In this document: positions 54,809 through 63,938 of the stretch, in pieces | Layout: each line of letters starts with the position of its first letter | How positions within the stretch are numbered: position 1 is the first letter of the stretch | Source of the DNA: Sulfurovum sp. | Lineage (GTDB): Bacteria; Campylobacterota; Campylobacteria; Campylobacterales; Sulfurovaceae | DNA: 64,000 nucleotides | Direction: 5' to 3' | Assembly: GCA_026990595.1 (NCBI GenBank) | Contig: JALXCZ010000011.1 | Location: 25,312 to 89,311, forward strand | Position numbers and translations under genes: made by a program | Notes under the pieces: model-generated | The model's input: the letters and a program-made list of their open reading frames with translations, nothing else | The model's database searches: none | What the model was told of the DNA's origin: nothing

Positions 54809-55947
54809 TGCAAAAATTATTGAAGTATATGCTTGTTGCTGTGTTGCTTTTATTGGGGGGAATACTTTTTTATAAAAAAATATACATTCCCAAAAGCACT
54901 TATGAGACAGCTATTTCCAAAAAAGGTGATCTCTCTGTTGAAGTGTTTGGCATTGGGAATGTGGGAGCAAAGTACATATACAGTATTACCGCACAGACCG
55001 GAGGAAAAATACTTTCTATTTTGACTGATGAAGGGAAATGGGTTAAAAAAGGAGATCTGCTGATCACCATAGACAGTGTAGATATTCCTCAGCTTATTGA
55101 TGAAGCAAACCTATCTATGCGAAAATCCAATTTGGAATGGGTTGCAAGCAAGAAAGAGTTGAAGAGCCTCTTTGCACAGAAACACTTGGCACAGATCACC
55201 TATGACCGCTATGTAAAGCTTAAAAAACAGTCGTTTGTATCCAAAGCAGAGTATGACAAAGCCAAAGCTGATCTTGATGTGATCGAAGCACAAATATCAG
55301 TAACAAATGCACATATTAGATCAGCCAAAATGGAAGTAGAAAGAACACAAAAAGCAGTAGAAGCCCTCAAGCAAAAACTTGCACGCTATAAGATATATGC
55401 ACCAGTTGACGGAGTTGTTATCGCACGTAGTGCCCAGGTAGCACAGACCGTACTGCCTTCACAGCCTATTTTAAAAATTGTGGATCCCAAAGATGTATGG
55501 GTCAATGCATACATAGATGAAAAGATAAGTGGCAGTGTCAAAGTAGGAGAAAAAGCGAATATTACCTTGCGTTCTCAATATGAAAAATATTTCAAAGGTA
55601 CTGTAAAAAGGATCGTTGCACAGAGTGATGCTGTAACCCAGGAGAGAGAAGTAAATGTAGCTTTTGACACCTTACCCATGCCATTTTACATCAATGAACA
55701 GGCAGAAGTGCGTATTGCTTCGAAGACCTATAAAGATGTGGTTAAAGTACCACTGAAGGCTTTGGCTTACTATAAAGAAAAAACAGGTGTCTGGACAGAG
55801 GACTCTGGGAAAGCACATTTTGTACCGGTAAAAGTACTGGGCAGAGGACATAGTGAGGCTGCAATAACAGGATTAGCTAACCATACTAAAATATTGATTG
55901 GTTCAGAAAAGAAAAAACCCCTTAAAGAGGGTGTGGACGTACACTGA
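54808..55947 (+). CDS. Periplasmic adaptor (MacA-like)
   Basis: N-terminal TM; GKWVKKGDLL and IYAPVDGVV motifs. Confidence 0.87.
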   Translation: MQKLLKYMLVAVLLLLGGILFYKKIYIPKSTYETAISKKGDLSVEVFGIGNVGAKYIYSITAQTGGKILSILTDEGKWVKKGDLLITIDSVDIPQLIDEANLSMRKSNLEWVASKKELKSLFAQKHLAQITYDRYVKLKKQSFVSKAEYDKAKADLDVIEAQISVTNAHIRSAKMEVERTQKAVEALKQKLARYKIYAPVDGVVIARSAQVAQTVLPSQPILKIVDPKDVWVNAYIDEKISGSVKVGEKANITLRSQYEKYFKGTVKRIVAQSDAVTQEREVNVAFDTLPMPFYINEQAEVRIASKTYKDVVKVPLKALAYYKEKTGVWTEDSGKAHFVPVKVLGRGHSEAAITGLANHTKILIGSEKKKPLKEGVDVH

Positions 55948-57092
55948 TGATCAATCTTGCCAAAAAAGATATTGCCCATACACTAGGAAAGTTTATTGTG
56001 ACTTCCATGGGGGTTGGAATGCTTTTGGGTATTGTGCTCATTATGATCGGTGTTTACAGGGGAATGATCATTGATGCCAAGGTTCTTTTGGATGATCTCA
56101 AAATTGACCTCTGGGTAGTACAGGAAAATACACTCGGACCCTTTGCCGAGCCTTCACGGCTGCATGAAGATCTTAAAAATACTATTAAAGCTACAGATGG
56201 AGTTGCAAAATCAGAAGGACTGACCTTTCAAAATCTGCAATTGCCTCTAAACGGGAGTGAAGTGAGGGTTTTTGCTGTCGGGTTTGATCCTTTTGGTGAG
56301 ATCGACCCTGTCAACAAGGAAAGACTTGTTGAGGGCAGAGGATTGCAGCGTAGTCACTATGAAATGGTTGTTACAGATAAAACAGGTTTCAAGCTTGGTG
56401 AAAAAGTACTGTTGGGAAGAGATCTTTATAGGGTTGTAGGTATCACACACGGTACGGTTTCATCGGGAGGTGATCCTTTAGTGTATCTAAGTCTAAAAGA
56501 TGCACAGGAGTTGCAGTTTCTTTATTCAAATTCACGGACAAGAAATGACAGGGAAAGAGGTATAAAAGCATTGAATTCACATATGATCAATGCTGTTGTT
56601 GCAACAGTCAAAAAAGGTTACAACGTGGATCATGTAGCCAATGAAATACGGCAATGGAAACATAAAAGTGTCTATACTGCAAAGGAAGAGAAAACACTTC
56701 TGACAAAAAATCTCATCAAGATGGCTTCCAAACAGATTGGGATGTTTACCGTGATACTGGTGGTGGTATCGACGATTATTATTGCACTTATTATTTATAC
56801 AATGACGTTGGAAAAGATCAAAGAAATTGCTATTATGAAGCTGATTGGCTTACCCAACAGTATGATCATTAAAATGATCGTACAGGAGACACTGCTTATG
56901 GGAGTATTGGCATTCATGTTTGCTAATATCTTTGCCCATCTCATCTACAGCAAATTTCCAAAGCGGGTAGTGTTGGAGATGCCCGATGCATGGATGCTCT
57001 TTGTTGTTGTGATCGCCGCTTCTATTCTTGCTTCGCTGGCAGGTATTCGTAAAGTGATCAAAGCTGATCCCGCATCGGCAATAGGAGGCTGA
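55947..57092 (+). CDS. ABC transporter permease (MacB/FtsX-like)
   Basis: One TM, a periplasmic domain, then three TM; EKIKEIAIMKLIG motif. Confidence 0.87.
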   Translation: MINLAKKDIAHTLGKFIVTSMGVGMLLGIVLIMIGVYRGMIIDAKVLLDDLKIDLWVVQENTLGPFAEPSRLHEDLKNTIKATDGVAKSEGLTFQNLQLPLNGSEVRVFAVGFDPFGEIDPVNKERLVEGRGLQRSHYEMVVTDKTGFKLGEKVLLGRDLYRVVGITHGTVSSGGDPLVYLSLKDAQELQFLYSNSRTRNDRERGIKALNSHMINAVVATVKKGYNVDHVANEIRQWKHKSVYTAKEEKTLLTKNLIKMASKQIGMFTVILVVVSTIIIALIIYTMTLEKIKEIAIMKLIGLPNSMIIKMIVQETLLMGVLAFMFANIFAHLIYSKFPKRVVLEMPDAWMLFVVVIAASILASLAGIRKVIKADPASAIGG

Positions 57093-57093
57093 T

Positions 57094-57798
57094 ATGGCAG
57101 AAAATGCAATACGCGTAGAAGGGCTGTATAAACATTTTGGAGAGGGTGATACCTTGGTACGTGTTATTGAGGGTGCGGATTTTCAAGTCGACAAGGGTGA
57201 GCTGGTTGCTCTTATTGCACCAAGCGGTGCAGGTAAAACAACGTTATTAATGATGATAGGTTGTGTTGAAGAGCCGACAAGTGGTGCAATCTGGCTGGGA
57301 GAGGAAAAAGTTTATGACAATAAATGGCTGACCAAAGAGACCCGTAGAATACGTCGTGAAAAGATAGGATTTATTTTTCAGGCACACTATCTTATTCCTT
57401 TTTTGAATGTTATTGAGAATGTCACACTTGTGCCACAAACTAACGGTGTATCAGAAGAAGAAGCTCATAAAGAGGCGATGGCACTTCTGGATTATTTCGA
57501 TATTGCAGATAAGGCAAAGAGTATGCCCAGTTCTCTTTCAGGAGGGCAGAACCAACGTGTCGCAATTGCCAGAGCATTGGCAAACAAGCCGGAGATCATT
57601 CTGGCAGATGAACCTACCGCAGCACTGGATATTAAGCGGTCAGTCGATGTGGTGAAAATGCTCAAGAAGATAGCACTAGACCAAAAAGTAGCTGTCATTA
57701 TGGTTACACATGATGAAGCAATGCTCCCTTTGTGTGATCGTATCTTGAAAATAGAGAATAAAAAAGTAGTTTCTGTTAAAGATACAAAGATCATGTAA
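57094..57798 (+). CDS. ABC transporter ATP-binding protein (LolD/MacB-type)
   Basis: APSGAGKTT, LSGGQNQRVAIARAL and ADEPT motifs. Confidence 0.93.
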   Translation: MAENAIRVEGLYKHFGEGDTLVRVIEGADFQVDKGELVALIAPSGAGKTTLLMMIGCVEEPTSGAIWLGEEKVYDNKWLTKETRRIRREKIGFIFQAHYLIPFLNVIENVTLVPQTNGVSEEEAHKEAMALLDYFDIADKAKSMPSSLSGGQNQRVAIARALANKPEIILADEPTAALDIKRSVDVVKMLKKIALDQKVAVIMVTHDEAMLPLCDRILKIENKKVVSVKDTKIM

Positions 57799-57886
57799 AG
57801 TGAATACATACTGAGATAAAATATCTATTAATTATTATATAAGCTATCTATAGTATAGTGTCAAAAATATTTTAAAGGAAACAACT

Positions 57887-58066
57887 ATGGATGTCAATAA
57901 GATCAGAAAAGTATGTAGACCATTTAGAATCGTATTGGGTTCGGCACTTATCGGTTATGGTGTATATAGCGGTAACCAATGGTTTTACCTTGGAGCTATC
58001 CCACTTATTGCGGGACTTACTAACTTCTGTCCACTCTGTATCATTACTAAAAAGTGTGATGTATAA
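57887..58066 (+). CDS. DUF2892 (YgaP-like) small membrane protein, absent from the ORF track
   Basis: Hand translation: MDVNKIRKVCRPFRIVLGSALIGYGVYSGNQWFYLGAIPLIAGLTNFCPLCIITKKCDV*. AAAGGA RBS; R-x2-G and FCPL motifs. Confidence 0.75.
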   Translation: MDVNKIRKVCRPFRIVLGSALIGYGVYSGNQWFYLGAIPLIAGLTNFCPLCIITKKCDV

Positions 58067-58176
58067 TATTTAAAATAAGGGGATCTCAACCCTTTATTGT
58101 CTTGAAATATTTCTCTTATTCCTATATTCAATAAATTCAAGTATAATGCTACAAAATAACTATTAGGGGGAACAGT

Positions 58177-59505
58177 ATGGATAAACTTACACAATATTTA
58201 AATGCACATTCGCATGATGAACTGCACCCCTCGGAGATAGCAAATCTTCTTAAAGATCTTAATGAAAAGAATTTTGATGAAGCGGTTCAAGCTATTCCAA
58301 AAGAGCTTATTGCAGATGTAGCACTTGAACTGCCTGACAGATATTTTGAAGATGTTGTTGAATCTTTTACCCCTGAAGAGATCGCTGAATCTGTATCTGA
58401 ATTGGAGTCTGATGACCAGACAGACTTTATTCAGGAACTTGAAGAGGTTGATACGAATATTGCCAAAGAGGTTTTTGATCAGCTGGATAAAGAAGACCAG
58501 AAAGATATTCTTCAACTGAAGCAGTATGACGAAAATGAAGCCGGTGCCTATATGCAGGTGGAAGTCTACACGGCAAAGCTGGATCAGACCGTCAATGATG
58601 TCATTAAAGAGTTTGCCGAGTTAAGAAGAAAAGATGAGCTTGAAAATGTCAATTATCTTTTTGTGACAGATAAGAAAAATATACTGAGGTATGGTGTCGG
58701 ACTGGATAATCTGCTTGTCTTTGATTTTGACAAAACACTGCAGGAGAACATAGAAAAGAATCCTGAAAAATATAAGCCGGTTGTTGGTCATGATCATGAT
58801 GATATTAAAGAGGTTGTTAAAAAGTTCCATGAATATGATCTGAATTCTATGCCGATAGTAGATGACTATGATGTTTTGCTTGGGCGTATTACTTCAGATG
58901 ATATTTATGATGTTATCAGCGAACATGCAACCGATCAGATGTATAACCTCGCCGGAGTTAGTGATGATGCAGAAGAAGATGATGATCTGTTCAAAGCTGG
59001 TAAAGCACGGGCAATATGGCTTGGTATCAACCTGATTACTGCGATCGCTGCTTCTTTGGTCATAGGCATCTTTGAAGGTACGATACAGTCCTATGTAGCA
59101 CTTGCTGTTCTTATGCCTATTGTAGCTTCTATGGGAGGAAATGCCGGTACACAAAGTTTGACGGTTGTTGTGCGTCAGCTTGCTTTGGGAGAGATTGCCA
59201 AAAACGATGCGTATCGTACCATTAAAAAAGAGGTGATACTCTCCCTTGTAAATGGATTTATTTTTGCTATAATCATAGGTATTATTGCTGCTTTGTGGTT
59301 TGATAAGGGGATGCTTGGTGTTGTGATTGCACTTTCGATGGTCATTAACCTCTTCAGTGCAGGTTTTTTTGGTTCAATGATCCCGTTGTTGCTTAAAAAA
59401 TTCAATATTGATCCGGCTATCGGAAGTACAGTTATTTTGACTACGATCACGGATGTTGTGGGATTTTTCAGTTTTCTCGGTCTGGCAACCCTCATTTTAC
59501 TTTAA
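58177..59505 (+). CDS. mgtE: Magnesium transporter MgtE
   Basis: Acidic N-domain, CBS pair, SMGGNAGTQ and DPAIGSTVILTTITDV. Confidence 0.93.
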   Translation: MDKLTQYLNAHSHDELHPSEIANLLKDLNEKNFDEAVQAIPKELIADVALELPDRYFEDVVESFTPEEIAESVSELESDDQTDFIQELEEVDTNIAKEVFDQLDKEDQKDILQLKQYDENEAGAYMQVEVYTAKLDQTVNDVIKEFAELRRKDELENVNYLFVTDKKNILRYGVGLDNLLVFDFDKTLQENIEKNPEKYKPVVGHDHDDIKEVVKKFHEYDLNSMPIVDDYDVLLGRITSDDIYDVISEHATDQMYNLAGVSDDAEEDDDLFKAGKARAIWLGINLITAIAASLVIGIFEGTIQSYVALAVLMPIVASMGGNAGTQSLTVVVRQLALGEIAKNDAYRTIKKEVILSLVNGFIFAIIIGIIAALWFDKGMLGVVIALSMVINLFSAGFFGSMIPLLLKKFNIDPAIGSTVILTTITDVVGFFSFLGLATLILL

Positions 59506-59523
59506 AAGGATAGTTTTACTTTA

Positions 59524-60576
59524 ATGGACTTGTTAATTTTATATTTTTTAGCCGCAGTGGTTATTTCGTTTATCTGCTCTGTTTTGGAGTCAGTATTGCT
59601 TTCTGTCAATATGCCTTATATCTCTGTATTGGAAAAAGAGAAACCAAAAGCAGGGGAGTTACTTAAAGCGCATAAAACCAATATCAATAAATCTATCGCC
59701 TCCATACTCATTTTGAATACTATCGCCAATACTTTGGGTGCTGCAGCAGTAGGTGCTCAGGCAGAGCATGTCTTTGGCTCAAGTGCTGTATTTTGGGTTT
59801 CGGTAGTATTGACTTTTGCTATTTTATTTTTTGCAGAAATTATTCCTAAAACCATAGGAGCGACATACTGGAAACAGTTGGCACCTATAGCAGCCTACGT
59901 GATTCGTTTTTTTATATGGATTACCTATCCGATCATTCTTATGACTCTTTTTGTAACCAATCGTATCAAAAAAGATGATGAAGGTATGAGCCTTACACGT
60001 GAAGAGCTCATCGAGTCTACTCTCATGAGTGAAGATGAGGGTGTACTTGATGAACAGGAGTCAGATGTTATCGAAAATATTTTGATGCTAGACAGTATTA
60101 AGATAGAAGAAATACTCACACCTAGAACAGTCGTTTTTGCCCTTGATGGCAACAGAAGTATTAAAGATATTGTAGAGAATGAACCTGCTATTTTTAAATT
60201 CTCACGTGTACCTGTATTTGCTGAAAGCATTGAAAACATTACTGGTATTGTGATGGCAAAGAAAATCTTTAAACAAGCGCTACAAGACGATACAGTAACT
60301 CTCAATAGCATACAAAAAGACATCTATAAAATCAATGAAAATATCCCTGTTTCTATGGCATTAGACCTATTCATCAAGAAGAAAGAGCATATGTTTCTTG
60401 TACAGGACTCTTACGACCAAACAGAGGGCATCGTGACACTTGAAGACTGTGTTGAGACCATCTTGGGTGTAGAGATAATGGATGAGAGCGACTCTCATGC
60501 AGATATGCGTGAAGTAGCCAAACAGAAGATGAAGCTCAATCGTCGTCTTGAAAAATCGGATTTGAATTTAGATTGA
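59524..60576 (+). CDS. CNNM/CorB (DUF21 + CBS) metal transport protein
   Basis: SFICSVLESVLLS, AEIIPKTIG, LTPR and GIVTLEDCVE motifs. Confidence 0.88.
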   Translation: MDLLILYFLAAVVISFICSVLESVLLSVNMPYISVLEKEKPKAGELLKAHKTNINKSIASILILNTIANTLGAAAVGAQAEHVFGSSAVFWVSVVLTFAILFFAEIIPKTIGATYWKQLAPIAAYVIRFFIWITYPIILMTLFVTNRIKKDDEGMSLTREELIESTLMSEDEGVLDEQESDVIENILMLDSIKIEEILTPRTVVFALDGNRSIKDIVENEPAIFKFSRVPVFAESIENITGIVMAKKIFKQALQDDTVTLNSIQKDIYKINENIPVSMALDLFIKKKEHMFLVQDSYDQTEGIVTLEDCVETILGVEIMDESDSHADMREVAKQKMKLNRRLEKSDLNLD

Positions 60577-60606
60577 TATTGGATATGTTCTGATGGTTCA
60601 AAATTC

Positions 60607-60709
60607 GTAGGGTGTTGTACCCTTACAACACCATAAATATGAATGATGAAAAAATTAGATTTTATATAGACGTTTGAAGTGTTGGTGTTGTCATGGGACA
60701 ACACCCTAC
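60607..60709. repeat. REPIN-like inverted pair of 26-bp GTAG REPs (family A), copy 2
   Basis: 60607-60632 is identical to 21439-21464. Inverted partner GTAGGGTGTTGTCCCATGACAACACC at 60684-60709. Confidence 0.85.
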
Positions 60710-60760
60710 GAAAGTTTAAATTTGTGTTAGTATTTGGTATTTTTTCTGGTATGTATTTAA

Positions 60761-60839
60761 GTATGTGTTACCACCAAGGACGGATGGGAACAAGATAAAC
60801 TTTTTCTAGTTTCCATCCGTCCTCAGTGGGAATGCATAC
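60761..60839. repeat. 35-bp imperfect inverted repeat pair (family C, GTATGCATTCCCAC-type)
   Basis: 60761-60795 versus the reverse complement of 60805-60839: 28/35 identical. Confidence 0.7.
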
Positions 60840-60994
60840 GAAAATTCAAAAAACATGACAATATGCCATATTTTTATACTCTCTAGTTTTTCTAAACTAT
60901 AATACAGAAAAAAAGATAAAACTATGGGAATGAGCTAAATTATACATACTACGAAAATTCGCTACAATACAAAAAACATTCATCAAGGCTACCT

Positions 60995-62359
60995 ATGGCA
61001 GATAAAACCCACGAAAATACAACATCTTTAGCCACACTAGGACTAGACGAAAAGATACTCAAAGCCCTTAAAGACAAAGGCTATGAGTCTGCTACACCCA
61101 TACAAAAAGCACTCATCCCTGCGATGTTTACGCGTGCTGACATTATTGCGGGGGCGCAGACGGGTACGGGGAAGACGGCGGGGTTTACTTTGCCTATACT
61201 TCAGGAACTCTCTCGTAACTTTGTGGAGGGGCAACACTACCCCAAAGCAGTCATCATCGTACCTACACGTGAACTCGCAAAGCAGGTGGAGGCTTCAGTC
61301 GAAGCGTATGGGAAGTATTTGCCACTCAAAAGCATCGTATTGTATGGTGGAGCCAATCTTACTTCTCAGGTGAACAGACTTAAGGCAGGGGTGGATATCA
61401 TCGTTTCTACTTCTGGGCGTTTGTTGGAGCATATTAATCAGAAAAATGTCAATTTGGAGTCTGTGGACTACCTGGTACTTGATGAGGCTGATACCATCTT
61501 GGACATGGGTTTTGTACATGAAGTGAGTAAGATACTTCAGCATCTTCCACAGCGTCGCCAAAATGTACTCATCTCTGCGACACTCTCTGGCTCAGTGAAG
61601 CGTCTGGCAGAGCAGATACTCACTAAGCCTAAACTCATAGAAGTTGACAGTATGGGGACTTCGGCAGATACGGTGGAGCAGATAGTCTACCCTGTAGAGA
61701 AAGAGAAAAAGACAGAGCTTCTTTCTTACCTCATAGGCTCGCGTAACTATCAGCATGTTTTGGTCTTTGTACGTAAAAAAGAGGTGGCAGACGAGGTAAC
61801 AAAAGAGCTTAACCTCTCTGGACTTAAAACAGCAGTCATACATGGGGGCAAAAGCTCAGGAGAGCGTACCAGAGCCTTAGAGGGTTTTAAAGAAGGAAAG
61901 ATACGTGTACTTGTAGCCACAGACATTGCAGCGCGTGGCTTGGATATACCCAACCTAGCAGTGGTCATGAACTACGACATCCCACACGTCACAGGCGACT
62001 ACATACACCGCATAGGGCGCACAGGAAGAGCAGGGGCTAAAGGTTTGGCTATGACGCTCATCTCACCTACTGAGATGGTAGCACTCAAAGATGTAGAAAA
62101 GCTCATGGGCAAAGCTATACCCCAAGAGAAGTTAGAGGGCTATGCGCCTAAAGTAGACGTTAAACAAAAGGGTGCACGTAAAAACCCCAAAGAGCATAAA
62201 AAAGCCGATGGGGCTTTTGGTAAAAAGAAGAAAAAGTCTACGACATTTTCAAGCACCAAGAAGCGTAAGACTACCAAACGTGATGGCTTTAAAGTGTATG
62301 ATGCAGCCAAACCAAAATCAGAAAAAAAAGATAAAAAGTCCAAACGAGGGCGAAAATAA
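60995..62359 (+). CDS. DEAD-box RNA helicase (RhlE-like) with Lys-rich tail
   Basis: AQTGTGKT, PTRELA, DEAD, SAT and HRIGRTGRAG. Confidence 0.94.
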   Translation: MADKTHENTTSLATLGLDEKILKALKDKGYESATPIQKALIPAMFTRADIIAGAQTGTGKTAGFTLPILQELSRNFVEGQHYPKAVIIVPTRELAKQVEASVEAYGKYLPLKSIVLYGGANLTSQVNRLKAGVDIIVSTSGRLLEHINQKNVNLESVDYLVLDEADTILDMGFVHEVSKILQHLPQRRQNVLISATLSGSVKRLAEQILTKPKLIEVDSMGTSADTVEQIVYPVEKEKKTELLSYLIGSRNYQHVLVFVRKKEVADEVTKELNLSGLKTAVIHGGKSSGERTRALEGFKEGKIRVLVATDIAARGLDIPNLAVVMNYDIPHVTGDYIHRIGRTGRAGAKGLAMTLISPTEMVALKDVEKLMGKAIPQEKLEGYAPKVDVKQKGARKNPKEHKKADGAFGKKKKKSTTFSSTKKRKTTKRDGFKVYDAAKPKSEKKDKKSKRGRK

Positions 62360-62417
62360 ATTTCTATTAAGCCTTTTTTGTTATTATGCAGACAAATTTA
62401 AACAAGAAGGATAATCC

Positions 62418-62591
62418 ATGGCAGTACCTGAAGATGTAGGTTGTAGCAATGAAGTGTGTGTTGATGCACCAAAGTGTCAAAGAACAGTCATTTATGAAGA
62501 TGGCACAGCAAGAGAAGTAAAAAGTTTTGGTGGTACCCCGGACAAAGGATGTGGTAAATTTATACCTAGAAAAGATAAAGAAGAGAAATAG
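62418..62591 (+). CDS. Small four-cysteine hypothetical protein, absent from the ORF track
   Basis: Hand translation: MAVPEDVGCSNEVCVDAPKCQRTVIYEDGTAREVKSFGGTPDKGCGKFIPRKDKEEK*. AAGGA RBS. Confidence 0.7.
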   Translation: MAVPEDVGCSNEVCVDAPKCQRTVIYEDGTAREVKSFGGTPDKGCGKFIPRKDKEEK

Positions 62592-63686
62592 TTACTTCTC
62601 CTCTTTTAAAGAAAATTTTCCGATCTCCTCCAAAAATGTTGTAGCATATGATCCTTTGGGCAAGTAAAATTCAACGATGAGTTTTTTACTCTTGGCATCA
62701 TACTCGGTCTCCACTTTTTGTGGCCAGATCCAGGCAAAGCGTCTGTCTCCTTTGAGTGCAGTGAGTTCACTGTCATCATAGGGTTCTTCCAAATGATAGG
62801 CATCTGATTTGGCACGTTCTGCCCGATCTCCACATAATAAACCAGTTGGGCTTAATTTCTTTTGGAAAAAGGCTTGTGAGGCTTGGTACATATCTTTGAC
62901 ATAATTGAGCTTACCATAAGGGTAGGGCATCACTACATCCCCCAAAAAGAGTTTGAAAATCTGGGGTTGTTTAGCCAATACTTTTACCAATTCTTTAGGA
63001 TATTTGAGTTTTTTAGCAGCATCCTCTACACTGTTTGAGCTGATAATAGTTGAGAGTTTGACTCTTTGTCCAAGCCACTTGTTAAAAAGATGGCTTTGGT
63101 AGGCAGAAACAAGGAGCTTTTCTTTGCTCCCTTTAAGCTTTTTACCGCTGATGGCTATCTCTTTTCCCTGAAGGTAGGAACGGCTGTCTTCTCCAAAGCG
63201 TTGGTATCCGTAGTAGTTTGGTATCCCTTTGCTTTGCATCATTTTGGCTGTGGTATTGAAAAACTTTGCATCTTTCTCATTGATTTTGTGCAGAATAATA
63301 GAAAATTGATTTCCTTTTAAATGTCCTATTTTAATGGGAGCCTTGTTGTAGGTACGTTCCAGTATCTCTATTTTCTCTGTGGTAAGATTTTTATTGAGCT
63401 CTTTTTCTCTATTTTTCGGAAGAGAGATATACTGTATGGTAGTGGCATTTTTGTCTTTAAGTCCTGCATAGCCAATGTCACGTTCTTGCAAGCCCGTAGC
63501 TTTTGCCAGTACAGTAATAAGCTTCCAGGTACTCATATCTGTTTTTTTGATCTTGAGTATGAGAAAGTTTCCCGTGCCTGTAAAACTGTAAAGAGGGATC
63601 TCTTCCACGAAAAAACGTTCTATGGTATGTTTAAAGTCGAATTGTAAAGGGGTGTGGGTATAAGCATAATTTTTAATGTGATTCAT
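62592..63686 (-). CDS. truD: tRNA pseudouridine(13) synthase
   Basis: FFVEEIP, YAGLKDKNATTIQY, PNYYGYQRFG and LPKGSYAT motifs. Start placed at ATG 63686. Confidence 0.94.
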   Translation of the reverse strand: MNHIKNYAYTHTPLQFDFKHTIERFFVEEIPLYSFTGTGNFLILKIKKTDMSTWKLITVLAKATGLQERDIGYAGLKDKNATTIQYISLPKNREKELNKNLTTEKIEILERTYNKAPIKIGHLKGNQFSIILHKINEKDAKFFNTTAKMMQSKGIPNYYGYQRFGEDSRSYLQGKEIAISGKKLKGSKEKLLVSAYQSHLFNKWLGQRVKLSTIISSNSVEDAAKKLKYPKELVKVLAKQPQIFKLFLGDVVMPYPYGKLNYVKDMYQASQAFFQKKLSPTGLLCGDRAERAKSDAYHLEEPYDDSELTALKGDRRFAWIWPQKVETEYDAKSKKLIVEFYLPKGSYATTFLEEIGKFSLKEEK

Positions 63687-63693
63687 AAAAGGG

Positions 63694-63702
63694 ATTATAG
63701 CA
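63694..63702 (-). promoter_or_regulatory. Extended -10 box upstream of truD (possible near-leaderless mRNA)
   Basis: TGCTATAAT on the minus strand, 7 nt upstream of the proposed ATG. Confidence 0.5.
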
Positions 63703-63734
63703 GATTGTACAGGCAAAAGCCTATACTGGAAGTT

Positions 63735-63938
63735 TTATTTGATCAGGAATGAGATCTTTGCATTAATTCTGTATTGGACGATCTTGTCTCCATCTACTTT
63801 GGCACTCATATCTACAATATAGATAGACTTGATTCCTTTAATACTTTTACTTGCAGCTTTGACAGCTTTAGCAGTTGCATCTTCCCATGATTTGTTTGAT
63901 TGAGATAATACTTCAATAACTTTTACTACTTTTGACAT
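63735..63938 (-). CDS. Dodecin family protein
   Basis: VKVIEVLSQSNKSWEDA...YRINAKISF; 67 aa. Confidence 0.85.
   Translation of the reverse strand: MSKVVKVIEVLSQSNKSWEDATAKAVKAASKSIKGIKSIYIVDMSAKVDGDKIVQYRINAKISFLIK

Noticed and set aside
57891-58073. 60-aa ORF listed in the track
   Set aside because: Wrong frame; the overlapping 57887-58066 frame has the RBS and DUF2892 motifs.
35400-58100. Prophage, ICE or IS boundaries for the accessory region
   Set aside because: No integrase, transposase, relaxase, tRNA target or flanking direct repeat was recognised, so no mobile element is called.
58070-58176. Possible Mg2+ (M-box) riboswitch upstream of mgtE
   Set aside because: The intergenic region is too short and AT-rich; only a terminator-like hairpin (AATAAGGGG...CCCTTTATT) and a TATAAT are visible.
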